Source: an uncultured Veillonellaceae bacterium (lineage in GTDB: Bacteria; Bacillota; Negativicutes; JARBTT01). From it: a stretch of 64,000 bases of DNA. Of this stretch, positions 40,132 through 50,403 are shown piece by piece (position 1 is the first letter of the stretch; each line of letters starts with the position of its first letter). The notes under the pieces were generated by a model. The model worked only from the letters and a program-made list of their open reading frames with translations. It made no database searches and was not told the origin of the DNA. The position numbers were made by a program, and so were the translations under genes. Location of the stretch: positions 1,312,001 through 1,376,000 of the forward strand of contig CAWDTA010000002.1 in the NCBI GenBank assembly GCA_963805085.1. Direction: 5' to 3'.

Positions 40132-40605
40132 ATGGTAAAAGAAATTTTATTATTGGGTAATGAAAAACTATATGAAACAAGTGTAAAAATTGATCAAGAA
40201 GAACTTAGCAATCTCAAAGTAGTTGTCGATGATCTGCATGATACATTGCTAGAGTTTCGAAAAACCTATGGCGCTGGTCGGGCGATTGCTGCACCGCAAA
40301 TCGGTGTTCAAAAAAGATTGCTGTATATGTTTATTGATAAACCCGTTGTTTTTATCAATCCGATCTTAGAATTTACTGATGGAGAAATGATGGACGTTAT
40401 GGATGATTGTATGTCGTTTCCGCATTTGTTGGTAAAAGTAAAGCGGTATAAACATTGCAAAATAAAATACCAAGATATGAATTGGCAAGATTGTGAAATG
40501 GAATTAGACGGCGATTTGGCGGAGTTGTTGCAGCATGAGTATGATCATTTGGATGGTATTTTGGCAACGATGCGAGCAATCGACAAAGAATCATTTTTAT
40601 TATAA
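40132..40605 (+). CDS. def: peptide deformylase family, non-canonical motifs
   Basis: AIAAPQIG, DDCMS, QHEYDHLDG. Confidence 0.85.
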   Translation: MVKEILLLGNEKLYETSVKIDQEELSNLKVVVDDLHDTLLEFRKTYGAGRAIAAPQIGVQKRLLYMFIDKPVVFINPILEFTDGEMMDVMDDCMSFPHLLVKVKRYKHCKIKYQDMNWQDCEMELDGDLAELLQHEYDHLDGILATMRAIDKESFLL

Positions 40606-40626
40606 TTAGCCATAGAGGTGTGAGCT

Positions 40627-42342
40627 ATGAAAGAGACTCTGTTGTTTCAAATGGTGGAGCGGATGAGTATGGCAGCGACATTGGCATTTATTTTATCGCA
40701 GACGAATCTTTTTCGTAGAATAAATTACCAATCCGTGTCTACTGTCGACAGAATAAAATTGGCGATTATTTTTGGTTTGATTGGAATCGCAGGAACTTAT
40801 GCTGGCATTCCCATCAATGATGCTTTAGCCAACTCTAGGGTAGTCGGTGTGATGGCGGCTGGTTTAATTGGTGGCCCTGCTATGGGCGTGATGGCAGGCG
40901 TAGTTGCGGGTGGACATCGCTATTTCATGGGCGGATTTACCGCAGTTTCCTGTTCGCTCGCAAATATTTGTGAAGGCTTGCTGGCGGGCTTGGTTAGAAA
41001 ATATTATCCCTATCATCCAGTTCCTTGGTGGGTTGCTTTGCTTAGTGGTACCGTTGGTGAGATTATGCAAATGTTGATTATTTTGCTGACGGCTAGACCG
41101 TTTGACATGGCGTTTGAACTGGTCGAGAGTATCGCAGTGCCAATGATCGTTGCAAATTCGATTGGACTGGCTATTTTTATGTTAATTATCAAAACAACGA
41201 TGGATGTAGAGCTGCGAGCGGGAGCGATTCAGGCTCAAAAAGTGCTAGGGATTGCGGCGAAGACCTTACCGTATTTTAGACGTGGACTAAACATCGAGTC
41301 AGCGAAAGCTGCTGCCGAAATCGTCTATGAAAAAGGTGGTTATCATGCTGTTGCGGTGACCAATACTGAACAAATTTTGGCGTTTATCGGAGCAGAAGCA
41401 AAACATCATCTAGCGGAGAATAAGGGGTTTACAAAGGCCACAAATCAAGTCTTGCAGAGTGGTAATATTTACATCGCTCGGACACCTGAAGCGATTGGTT
41501 GCAATTGTGAAAAATGTTCTTTGGCGAGTGCGATTATCGTCCCCTTAAAATGTGGCTGCCAGGTCATTGGCACATTTAAGCTGTATTATACGGCGAGCAA
41601 TTTACTCAATCAATCCGATATCGTATTTGCCAATGGCGTGGCAGATTTATTTTCTATTCAACTTGAATTAGCGGAAATTGACCGTCAAGCAAAACAAGCT
41701 GCGCATGCAGAATTAAAAGCTTTACAAGCGCAGATAAATCCGCATTTTTTATTTAATACCCTCAATACGATTATATCTTTGGTGAGAACAAAACCGGAAT
41801 TAGCGAGAGAGTTGTTAATAAAACTTAGTTCTGTATTTCGTTTTACTCTACATAAAACAGGAAGGAATATAACCATAGACGAAGAGTTGACGCAAGTAAG
41901 AGCCTATTTAGCAATTGAGAAAGCGCGTTATGGCGAGAAACTTCAGATTAAAGAAAAGATAGAGGTAAATACCGAAATTTATTTGATACCGTCACTTATC
42001 ATTCAACCGCTTGTTGAAAATGCAGTAGGGCATGGGTTAAAGCCCAAACTAAACGGTGGCATCATCTTCCTTCGAATAGAAAAAGGGGAAAACTCGATTA
42101 AGATAAAAATTAGTGATGATGGGATTGGAATGGATTTGGCTAAGTTTAACCCATTGCAAGCGACTTCGGAAGGACATATTGGTCTAAAAAATGTGGATGA
42201 ACGTCTGCATAGTCAATATGGTGCCGAGTATGGAGTAACGTTAGAAAGTATCGTCAATCAAGGGACAACTGTTACCATTACGATACCTAAATTACTGAAT
42301 TCTTTGGAGGGCAATACCGGTGTTGAAAATTTTAATTATTGA
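40627..42342 (+). CDS. LytS/BtsS-type sensor kinase (5TM-5TMR_LYT, GAF, His_kinase)
   Basis: ANSRVVGV..AGL.GGP, LQAQINPHFLFNTLN, QPLVENA. Confidence 0.95.
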   Translation: MKETLLFQMVERMSMAATLAFILSQTNLFRRINYQSVSTVDRIKLAIIFGLIGIAGTYAGIPINDALANSRVVGVMAAGLIGGPAMGVMAGVVAGGHRYFMGGFTAVSCSLANICEGLLAGLVRKYYPYHPVPWWVALLSGTVGEIMQMLIILLTARPFDMAFELVESIAVPMIVANSIGLAIFMLIIKTTMDVELRAGAIQAQKVLGIAAKTLPYFRRGLNIESAKAAAEIVYEKGGYHAVAVTNTEQILAFIGAEAKHHLAENKGFTKATNQVLQSGNIYIARTPEAIGCNCEKCSLASAIIVPLKCGCQVIGTFKLYYTASNLLNQSDIVFANGVADLFSIQLELAEIDRQAKQAAHAELKALQAQINPHFLFNTLNTIISLVRTKPELARELLIKLSSVFRFTLHKTGRNITIDEELTQVRAYLAIEKARYGEKLQIKEKIEVNTEIYLIPSLIIQPLVENAVGHGLKPKLNGGIIFLRIEKGENSIKIKISDDGIGMDLAKFNPLQATSEGHIGLKNVDERLHSQYGAEYGVTLESIVNQGTTVTITIPKLLNSLEGNTGVENFNY

Positions 42343-43078
42343 TGATGAACTGCCGGCACGTGATGAACTGAGATATTTAGTATCGCAGGAAGTTGATACT
42401 GAAGTTGTCGGGGATGCCGACAATGTTGCGGAAGCGGTAGGAATGGCAGCTAACTTACAACCAGATGTGATTTTTCTAGATATCAATATGCGTGAGATGA
42501 GTGGCTTGGAAGCAGCGGCGATCTTAAGAAAAGTGGCAAAAGAGGCTATGATAGTATTTGCTACGGCCTACGATGAATTTGCCTTAAAAGCCTTTGATAT
42601 TGGTGCGGTTGATTATATTTTGAAACCTTTTGAGCAAGAGCGAATCAGCAAAACAATTGCTAGATTGAGAAATTATCAGCCGGATGAATGGGACATGACA
42701 TCAAGGCAAGTTGATACAGCACTTGGTGGAAGTAAGATTTTATTGAGAAAGTTGCCGGTAGAAAAAGCCGGCAAGATTGTTTTGTTAAATTATAATGAAA
42801 TCATCTATGCCTATGCGAATAATGGAGCGGTTAGTGTTGTAACTGAAAATGGAGAATTGAATTATGGTGGAACTTTAGCAGAATTGCAAGAGCGGGTTGA
42901 AAATACAACGATGATTCGGGTTCATAAGAGTTATATTGTAAATTTAGATCAGGTGAAAGAAGTAGTACCATGGTTTAAGGGAACTTACTGGCTGAAAATG
43001 AATTGCAATTGTAAGAATGAAATACCTGTAAGTAAGAGTCAGATTAAAGAGATCAAAACTATTTTTGGACTGAAATAA
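42320..43078 (+). CDS. LytTR family response regulator
   Basis: DDE..AR, FLDINM, ATAYD, DYILKP, RVHKSYIVNL, IPVS. Confidence 0.95.
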   Translation: MLKILIIDDELPARDELRYLVSQEVDTEVVGDADNVAEAVGMAANLQPDVIFLDINMREMSGLEAAAILRKVAKEAMIVFATAYDEFALKAFDIGAVDYILKPFEQERISKTIARLRNYQPDEWDMTSRQVDTALGGSKILLRKLPVEKAGKIVLLNYNEIIYAYANNGAVSVVTENGELNYGGTLAELQERVENTTMIRVHKSYIVNLDQVKEVVPWFKGTYWLKMNCNCKNEIPVSKSQIKEIKTIFGLK

Positions 43079-43104
43079 TAGTTTCTAATTATTTATGTAT
43101 AATT

Positions 43105-43133
43105 TCCATTCATGGCTTACTTTCATCCATTCA
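43105..43133 (+). promoter_or_regulatory. candidate LytTR direct-repeat operator for cstA
   Basis: TCCATTCA repeated at 43105 and 43126 (21-bp period). Confidence 0.65.
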
Positions 43134-43224
43134 GAAAATTTTTATTTCTTAATAGATGAAATTAAGCTAACATTAAGCTTGCAATTAATTCAGAAAATTT
43201 AATTAATTCTAGCAAGGAGGAAGT

Positions 43225-45021
43225 ATGATGAATGGTTTTGTAATGAATGGTCTTTATTTAGTTATTATTTCTGCTTTAATCTTAACGATTTGCTACCGCT
43301 ATTATGGAGCTTTTATGGCAGCAAAGGTTTTAGCACTTGATCCAAGCCGTCCTACACCGGCGGTTGTAAATGAGGATGGGCATGATTATGTGCCGACGAA
43401 TAAATGGGTAACATTTGGTCACCATTTTGCAGCAATTGCTGGGGCAGGTCCACTGGTTGGCCCGGTGCTTGCAGCACAATTTGGGTATTTGCCAGGAACT
43501 ATTTGGCTCTTAGTGGGTGCTTGTATCGGTGGAGCAGTCCACGATATGATTATCTTATTTGCATCAATAAGGCATAATGGGTTATCTATTGCTGAAATTG
43601 CGAAAGAGGAAATCGGTAAATCTACTGGTCTTGCTGCCGCAGTTGCAGTGATCTTTATTTTAGTTATTACCATGGCAGGGATGGCAATCGCTGTTGCCAA
43701 TGCTTTATTTAACAGCCCTTGGGGTACATTTACCGTTGGCGCAACGATTCCAATCGCTTTATTTATTGGTGTTTATATGCGTTATTTACGCCCTGGTCAT
43801 ATAGGCGAGGCTTCTTTTATCGGCGTTGTAATGGTACTCGCAGCTGTATTTGCTGGCCCTTGGGTCCAACAATCCGCTTTGGCACCATTCTTTACGCTAA
43901 GTCGTTTTCAATTGGATATTATCTTACCGCTTTATGGTTTCGTTGCCGCAGCATTACCGGTGTGGTTACTGCTAGCACCGCGCGATTATTTAAGCACTTA
44001 TATGAAAATTGGTACAATTGGTGCTCTGGCACTTGGTATTGTGTTTGTGCAGCCAGAAATTCATATGCCAGCAGTCACAGAATTTATTCATGGTGGTGGT
44101 CCTGTTATTCCAGGTCCAGTTTGGCCATTTGTTTGTATCACGATTGCTTGTGGAGCAATTTCGGGTTTTCATACTATTATTGCTACAGGTACGACACCTA
44201 AAATGGTAAGCAATGAAAGAGAAATTTTGCCGATTGGTTTTGGGGCAATGCTCGCAGAATCTTTCGTTGGGATTATGGCATTAATTGCTGCAACTAGCTT
44301 GATCCCAGCTGATTATTTTGCCATTAACAGTGCGCCGGAAGTATTTCAAAAGCTAGGCATGACGATAAAAGAATTGCCAATGTTATCACAAATGGTTGGT
44401 GAAGATGTTGCTGGTCGTCCAGGTGGAGCAGTATCACTAGCTGTAGGGATGGCACATATTTTTTCGAAAATTCCAGGACTAGAAAGCTTTATGTCATTTT
44501 TATATCACTTCGCAATTATGTTTGAAGCCTTGTTCATTTTAACGATCATTGATGCAGGGACTCGTGTTGGTCGTTATTTACTACAAGAAATTGGTGGAAT
44601 GATTTATAAACCACTAGGTGATGTGCATTGGACTCCGGGAATTATTTTCACTAGTGCGCTAATCTCAGGGGCTTGGGGGTATCTCGTATTTGGTGGCTCC
44701 ATTGCATCGATTTGGCCACTATTTGGTTTATCCAATCAATTACTAGCAAGTATGACGTTAGCAGTCGGTACGACGGTCCTCTTAAGAATGGGGAAAGCGA
44801 GATATGCATGGACGACACTTGTTCCACTATCCTTTATGATTGTGACAGCATTAACTGCGGGATTCTATAATATTTTTGAACTTTATTTGCCAAAAGGACA
44901 ACTTTTACTTGCTGGTGCGAGCATAGTCATGATAGTCCTTATCGTTTTCGTCATTACAAACTCTGTTAGAGTTTGGTTTCAGATTATGAAAGAAGAAAAA
45001 CAAGTTAAAGCTTCCGCTTAA
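43225..45021 (+). CDS. cstA: CstA/BtsT-family pyruvate/peptide transporter
   Basis: FGHHFAAIAGAGPLVGP, LLAPRDYLS, ITIACGAISGFH, IWPLFG..NQLLA. Confidence 0.95.
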   Translation: MMNGFVMNGLYLVIISALILTICYRYYGAFMAAKVLALDPSRPTPAVVNEDGHDYVPTNKWVTFGHHFAAIAGAGPLVGPVLAAQFGYLPGTIWLLVGACIGGAVHDMIILFASIRHNGLSIAEIAKEEIGKSTGLAAAVAVIFILVITMAGMAIAVANALFNSPWGTFTVGATIPIALFIGVYMRYLRPGHIGEASFIGVVMVLAAVFAGPWVQQSALAPFFTLSRFQLDIILPLYGFVAAALPVWLLLAPRDYLSTYMKIGTIGALALGIVFVQPEIHMPAVTEFIHGGGPVIPGPVWPFVCITIACGAISGFHTIIATGTTPKMVSNEREILPIGFGAMLAESFVGIMALIAATSLIPADYFAINSAPEVFQKLGMTIKELPMLSQMVGEDVAGRPGGAVSLAVGMAHIFSKIPGLESFMSFLYHFAIMFEALFILTIIDAGTRVGRYLLQEIGGMIYKPLGDVHWTPGIIFTSALISGAWGYLVFGGSIASIWPLFGLSNQLLASMTLAVGTTVLLRMGKARYAWTTLVPLSFMIVTALTAGFYNIFELYLPKGQLLLAGASIVMIVLIVFVITNSVRVWFQIMKEEKQVKASA

Positions 45022-45045
45022 ATTTAGGAAACAGTTAAAAAACTA

Positions 45046-45200
45046 AAAGCAGATGAGTTGCAACGAAAACAACAAGTCGGCAAAAGATGAATCTCTCAAA
45101 CTCCCTGCGGTCAAACAAAAGGCCTTCAAAGCCGAGTGCTAGTAAGATTCATCTATATTGCCTTTATTGAACGTTTTCTTATGCAAATCATCTGTTTTTT
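45046..45200. repeat. palindromic REP/MITE-like repeat, copy 2
   Basis: shares aacaagtcggcaaaaga.gaatct, aaactccct..ggtcaaacaaaa.gccttcaaagc and tagtaagattc.tctat.ttgcctt with 38011-38196. Confidence 0.75.
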
Positions 45201-45241
45201 TTCATATTATGGTATTCTGGGCAGGTATACTATAGTTGCTG

Positions 45242-45802
45242 TTATTGTATTGGTGTCTTAACTGCAATTTCAATTGTTGTTTCATGTTTAGCAGCGGCAT
45301 GTTCAAACATTGCATCGGAAGTATAGTTACTCCACACAGCTTGAACATTGGCAATGTAGGTATCTTTATTGAATGGGTTTGCCAATTGATTTTTTGTGCT
45401 TTCTATGAGTTTATCAAAGAAAGCATCGGGTAAAGTAATCGTACGCATTGCGAGCAAGATATCTAAGTGACTGTCAACAAGATATAAACTGATTGTTTTT
45501 TCTTTTACATCGATCAGTTTTGGTTGTTGATCCTCAGTATGAAAGTGAGCGGAATATGGGCTGTCTCCCCAACCGTTAATGATACCGTCAATTTTATATA
45601 ATAAGAAAATAATATCATTTTCTACAAATAGCCCTAACTCAATTTTTCCTGTGCGGAAGGCCTCAATCGCTATTAAATCAACTCTGCTCAATTTTAAAAT
45701 AAACATCGCTCCATTGATATCGTATTGAAAAATACCGCCGTCACCTTGCGCTTTTATTGGAAGAGGAAATTTTTCTCCTACCTGAAAACTTGTATATGAC
45801 AT
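45242..45802 (-). CDS. hypothetical protein
   Basis: 186-aa ORF with GGAGG RBS. Confidence 0.8.
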   Translation of the reverse strand: MSYTSFQVGEKFPLPIKAQGDGGIFQYDINGAMFILKLSRVDLIAIEAFRTGKIELGLFVENDIIFLLYKIDGIINGWGDSPYSAHFHTEDQQPKLIDVKEKTISLYLVDSHLDILLAMRTITLPDAFFDKLIESTKNQLANPFNKDTYIANVQAVWSNYTSDAMFEHAAAKHETTIEIAVKTPIQ

Positions 45803-45995
45803 AAAAACCTCCGACTATTAAAACTTATTCATAATTATTTATCTACTATATCACATATTGCCATAAATAAAAAAGATGGTATGAACGTTTCGTGTATTTC
45901 ATAATAAAAAATAAGTTTATCTTACTTTCGAAAAGGGGAATGTGATTTTTAGGCGAAGTAAGCAAGGATAGATCAAATGGTAAGGGAGTGTTTTT

Positions 45996-46832
45996 ATGGC
46001 TGAATCCGTATTACTAAATGCATTAGCGCAAGTTGCTGGTTATATCCCAAAACTTTTAACAAGTAAAATTGGGATGGTAGTTTGTGATAGAGAGAAATGG
46101 ATAGCTTCTAGTGCTATTGATGAAATAAAACATCAAATTGTGATTGGCGAACCAATCAAAGCAGGCTCAGCGGCGTATGATGCGATGCAAAAGAATCATC
46201 GTGTCGTTGTAGAGGTTGCAAAAGAAGTTTATGGGATTCCTTATATTGCGGTTAGTATACCGATTGTTGAAAATGGTGTAGTGGTGGGCGCTGCTGCGAT
46301 TCATGAATCTTTAGAACGTAAACAAGTATTGCAAGAGACTGCAAATAATCTTTCCGATGCGGCGAACATGATGTCGGAGGCAATGCAGGCGATTTCATCG
46401 CAAGCGAAGCAGTTGTCGATAGCGAGTCATAGTCTCAAGGATTTAATAAGCATTGCGCATCAAGAAGTAAGTGAGACGGATTCGGTTATTAGCTTCATCA
46501 AAAATGTTGCCAGCGAAACTAATTTATTAGGATTAAATGCGGCGATTGAAGCGGCACGTGTTGGGGAACAAGGTCGTGGCTTTGGTGTTGTGGCAACGGA
46601 AGTTCGCAAATTGGCTGTAAATAGTGCAAACTCCGCAACAGAAATTACCCAGACATTACTGCAAATTAGTGCATCCATTGGCCGCATCAATAATGAGATT
46701 GAGATTGTTGATTCTGTCAATCATAAGCAGTCAGATACGATTGAAAATATTGCAGGGAAAAGTAAGGAATTACAAGATATTGCGAAAAGATTGGCGGAAA
46801 TTGCAGCTAGTTTAAATAAAGAACATGATTAA
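45996..46832 (+). CDS. soluble methyl-accepting chemotaxis protein
   Basis: [33 protein letters not shown]; no TM segments. Confidence 0.93.
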   Translation: MAESVLLNALAQVAGYIPKLLTSKIGMVVCDREKWIASSAIDEIKHQIVIGEPIKAGSAAYDAMQKNHRVVVEVAKEVYGIPYIAVSIPIVENGVVVGAAAIHESLERKQVLQETANNLSDAANMMSEAMQAISSQAKQLSIASHSLKDLISIAHQEVSETDSVISFIKNVASETNLLGLNAAIEAARVGEQGRGFGVVATEVRKLAVNSANSATEITQTLLQISASIGRINNEIEIVDSVNHKQSDTIENIAGKSKELQDIAKRLAEIAASLNKEHD

Positions 46833-46842
46833 ATAATAAAAA

Positions 46843-46900
46843 TTTATAGTTAATAGAAAAAGTGCTAGTAAAAACTAGCACTTTTTCTATTAACTATAAA
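46843..46900. terminator. long perfect hairpin terminator
   Basis: tttatagttaatagaaaaagtgctagt-aaaa-actagcactttttctattaactataaa. Confidence 0.8.
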
Positions 46901-47105
46901 ATGACAGCGAGGCAGCCTATAATGCCTAAATATAGATTTTTATATTAATATGAAAACAATAAAAATTATGATACAATAGTCCTGATATCGCTAAAAAAAA
47001 TAAATGATATTGATTATCAATATAACAATGGTGATCATGAGGAAAAGTTAGTAAATATAAGCAAACAGTCGTAATCATACGTTAAGATTGTTAGGAGAGT
47101 TCATT

Positions 47106-48185
47106 ATGCTACAAGAAAAGTTATCAATTTTCTTTGGAAGTAATGTTCCTTTAAGAGAAAGATTATATTATGCAATATCTGCGGCAGGCATGGTAAGTGC
47201 GATAGTTGGTCTGATTAGTACATTTATGGCAGAACTCTCTCTTGGCGGAATTTTAGCGGCAGCATCTTGCATTATGACGTTAATTGCAATATCAATTTAT
47301 GTGATCAAAACTAAAAATTTTGACCGAGCATCTATCTTGATTAGTACTATTTTTAATCTTTTGATATTTCCGATTAACTTTATTTATGCGGGTGGCATTG
47401 AGGGTGGAATGCCGATGTATTTTATTATGGGGATATTCGCCACTTTTTTATTGGTAACGGGTAAAATTAGAAATATTTTAATTTTACTTTTTTTTATTGT
47501 TTATATAGCACTTCTTCTATATGGTTATTACAATCCCGATATGATAGTTCCGTTTCCTAGCACAGAAGCCCGTATCGTAGATTTAATTTTTGCTATGGTT
47601 ATCGTCTCTGGATTTACTGGTATTGTTATCAGCATTATTGTATATGAATATTCTACAGAACATGAAAAGGTGGAGCTGTTAAATCATCGGTTGCATCAGG
47701 TTGCAATCAAAGATCCTCTTACCAATTTATTTAACCGCAGATATTTAATGAATCAATTAAACTATCAGATAGAGAAAGCAAACCAAGAAGAGTATGATCT
47801 GGCATTAATTATTTTTGATATTGATTTTTTTAAGAATATCAATGATACCTATGGACATCTGATTGGTGATGAAGTATTAAAAGAATTTTCAAAATTACTT
47901 TCCAGTCAAATTCGGGGTGATGATATCGTCGGTCGTTATGGGGGAGAAGAATTTTTCCTTATTCTAGTTGAGACGGATAGTGAAGATGCAATTCATTTAG
48001 CAGAAAGAATAAGAAAAAAAGTATCTAATAGTATACTGTCGAAAAAAATAACCAATTTAATTACGATTAGTGGAGGAATTGGTATTTATCAGCCTGACAT
48101 GAGTGTTGAACAATTAATAGTGGCAGCGGATAAGAATCTTTATAAAGCAAAATCTGAAGGTCGCAATAAAATTATTAGCATATAG
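47106..48185 (+). CDS. membrane diguanylate cyclase
   Basis: multiple TMs; DPLTNLFNRR, DIDFFK.INDTYGH, RGDD I-site, RYGGEEF. Confidence 0.95.
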   Translation: MLQEKLSIFFGSNVPLRERLYYAISAAGMVSAIVGLISTFMAELSLGGILAAASCIMTLIAISIYVIKTKNFDRASILISTIFNLLIFPINFIYAGGIEGGMPMYFIMGIFATFLLVTGKIRNILILLFFIVYIALLLYGYYNPDMIVPFPSTEARIVDLIFAMVIVSGFTGIVISIIVYEYSTEHEKVELLNHRLHQVAIKDPLTNLFNRRYLMNQLNYQIEKANQEEYDLALIIFDIDFFKNINDTYGHLIGDEVLKEFSKLLSSQIRGDDIVGRYGGEEFFLILVETDSEDAIHLAERIRKKVSNSILSKKITNLITISGGIGIYQPDMSVEQLIVAADKNLYKAKSEGRNKIISI

Positions 48186-48487
48186 ATTTAACTATTATCA
48201 ATGAATTATATATAAAATCAGTCCTATAACAACATCGTGATAATTTACAATGTTGTTATAGGACTGATTTTATTATTTTGTAAATATTTAAAGTAAAATG
48301 CGCATTGTCCATGTGTGCAAGCCAATGCGTATAGTTAAGGAAGCAACATTATTTTTTAATAGGTGAAATAAATGTATTAATTTGGAAGGATATGTCTTGT
48401 TTATACAGAATAAAGAAATAGTATATAAAAATTAATGGGGTATTTATTATATTTTACATACTAATATTCTAAGTTGTAGGAGATATT

Positions 48488-50158
48488 ATGGAAAGTTTAT
48501 CTTTAGCATTTCTTAGCTCATTAGGCTCTATGGTTGCGATTATTGGGATCTACAGTTATATTTATGCCATATACAGAGAACGATATATGGGAATATGTGC
48601 AATCAGCTGGAGTTTATTTTTATCGCGTTATGTTATCTTTGATTCAGGAATTTTTGAGTGGAAACAATCAGTATTGGGATTGTTTATATTTCAGATGATC
48701 ATTATCTGGAGTGTACTATTATTTTTGTATGGTACATATGGTTTTTTTAATAAGTCGTATAATAAGAAGTTAGCATGTTATAGTGGTATAGGGATAATGA
48801 TAGCTTTGGTTATTATGGATTGTTTTGTTTCTGATTTAACGTATAAATTGATAATTCCTGTCTGTTTAGGTGTATATGCAGGTATGTCAATTGGATGGAT
48901 TTATATTAAAAACGAAAAAGTCCAAGGATTTGGAGCTTTATGTGTTGGCTATGCTTACATTGGATGGAGTCTTCTTAGTATTTTCATGCCGTTTGCTATT
49001 AATATTAAGTGGTGTTCTCCTTTGGGGTATGTTTTAGGAGGTTTATTTCGTTTAATTATAGCTTTAGGAACATTAATTGTTTATTTTGAAAAAAATCGCA
49101 GGGAGTATATCAAAAAAGAATCAGAGTATCGTTTATTAGCCGAAAATGCCGTTGATGTCATTTACTCTTATCAACTATTACCGGAGCGAAAACTTAAATA
49201 TATCAGTCCGGCAACCTTACATACTACAGGCTATACACCTGAGGAATATTATGCGAATAATAACTTGCTTTTTGAGATCGTCCATAGCGAGGATAGCCCG
49301 ATGCTAAAGAACTTTTATCGTGATTTAGCTAATTTAAATGGTAAACTCTTAACCTTGCGCTTGATTACGAAGCAAGGTAATGTTATCTGGGTAGAGCAAA
49401 AGAGTGTACCGGTCTATGATGAGAACGGTGAAATTGCCGAGATACAAGGAATCATCCGTGATATTACGGACAGAAAAGATCTGGAAAATATTGCAGCGCA
49501 GGTTGACCGGATGAATATGATAGGAAATATGGCGGCAACGGTAGCGCATGAGATCAGGAATCCGATGACAACTGTATTAGGATATATACAATTTTTATCA
49601 TTAAAAAGAAAATATAAAAGCGAAAAAGATATCTTTGAATTGATGATCGATGAACTCAATCGAACCAATGATATTATTCGTGAATATTTGTCTTTATCCA
49701 ACCAAAAGCTAGTTGATTTGAAAAAAGCGTCTTTGAATAAAATTTTGCAGGCCCTATATCCATTGCTTGAGGTTGATGGTTGCTCTAAAAAAGTAAAGGT
49801 AAAACTGGAGCTTGAGGATATTCCTGAGTTGTTATTGGATAGGAATGAGATTCGGCAGTTGGTGCTGAATATGGTGCGTAATGGCATTGAGGCGATGTCA
49901 AAGGGTGGCGAATTAACGCTGGGGACAAAATTAGAAAATAATGAAGTCATTTTATTTATTTGTGATCAAGGTACTGGAATCGATGAAGCAGTCCTTGAAA
50001 AGTTGGGAACCCCGTTTTTTACGACGAAAGCCAATGGTACAGGCTTAGGGCTTTCTATTTGTTATCGGATCGCGAATCGGCATAATGCAACGATCAAAAT
50101 CAATTCCAGTAAAGCTGGCACTACATTTAGAATTTGTTTTAATCGTGATTTAGCGTAA
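48488..50158 (+). CDS. membrane sensor histidine kinase (multi-TM + PAS + NtrB/sporulation-kinase-like core)
   Basis: YRERYMG sensor; PAS ending GIIRDITDRK; AHEIRNPM, NMVRNG, PFFTTK..GTGLGL. Confidence 0.93.
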   Translation: MESLSLAFLSSLGSMVAIIGIYSYIYAIYRERYMGICAISWSLFLSRYVIFDSGIFEWKQSVLGLFIFQMIIIWSVLLFLYGTYGFFNKSYNKKLACYSGIGIMIALVIMDCFVSDLTYKLIIPVCLGVYAGMSIGWIYIKNEKVQGFGALCVGYAYIGWSLLSIFMPFAINIKWCSPLGYVLGGLFRLIIALGTLIVYFEKNRREYIKKESEYRLLAENAVDVIYSYQLLPERKLKYISPATLHTTGYTPEEYYANNNLLFEIVHSEDSPMLKNFYRDLANLNGKLLTLRLITKQGNVIWVEQKSVPVYDENGEIAEIQGIIRDITDRKDLENIAAQVDRMNMIGNMAATVAHEIRNPMTTVLGYIQFLSLKRKYKSEKDIFELMIDELNRTNDIIREYLSLSNQKLVDLKKASLNKILQALYPLLEVDGCSKKVKVKLELEDIPELLLDRNEIRQLVLNMVRNGIEAMSKGGELTLGTKLENNEVILFICDQGTGIDEAVLEKLGTPFFTTKANGTGLGLSICYRIANRHNATIKINSSKAGTTFRICFNRDLA

Positions 50159-50190
50159 GAAGAAATCACAAATGTAATAATTACAATATG

Positions 50191-50241
50191 AAAAAGCCTA
50201 TTAAGGTTGTAAAATTTTGCAACTTTAATAGGCTTTTTTTT
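50191..50241 (+). terminator. intrinsic terminator after 48488 kinase
   Basis: aaaaagcctattaaggttg...caactttaataggc + T-run. Confidence 0.85.
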
Positions 50242-50403
50242 GTTTTTTCTCTTTTTTGTGCAATCTTTGGCTATTTTTGCAAGGATACTATAAGGTAGCT
50301 ACCGTATCCCTTAAGTCAAGGGGGTGATAGTTATGAAAGTGTAATTTTTAGTTAAATCGCAGGGGATTTACACAAATAACTATGATGAAAAGGAGCTTAA
50401 AAA

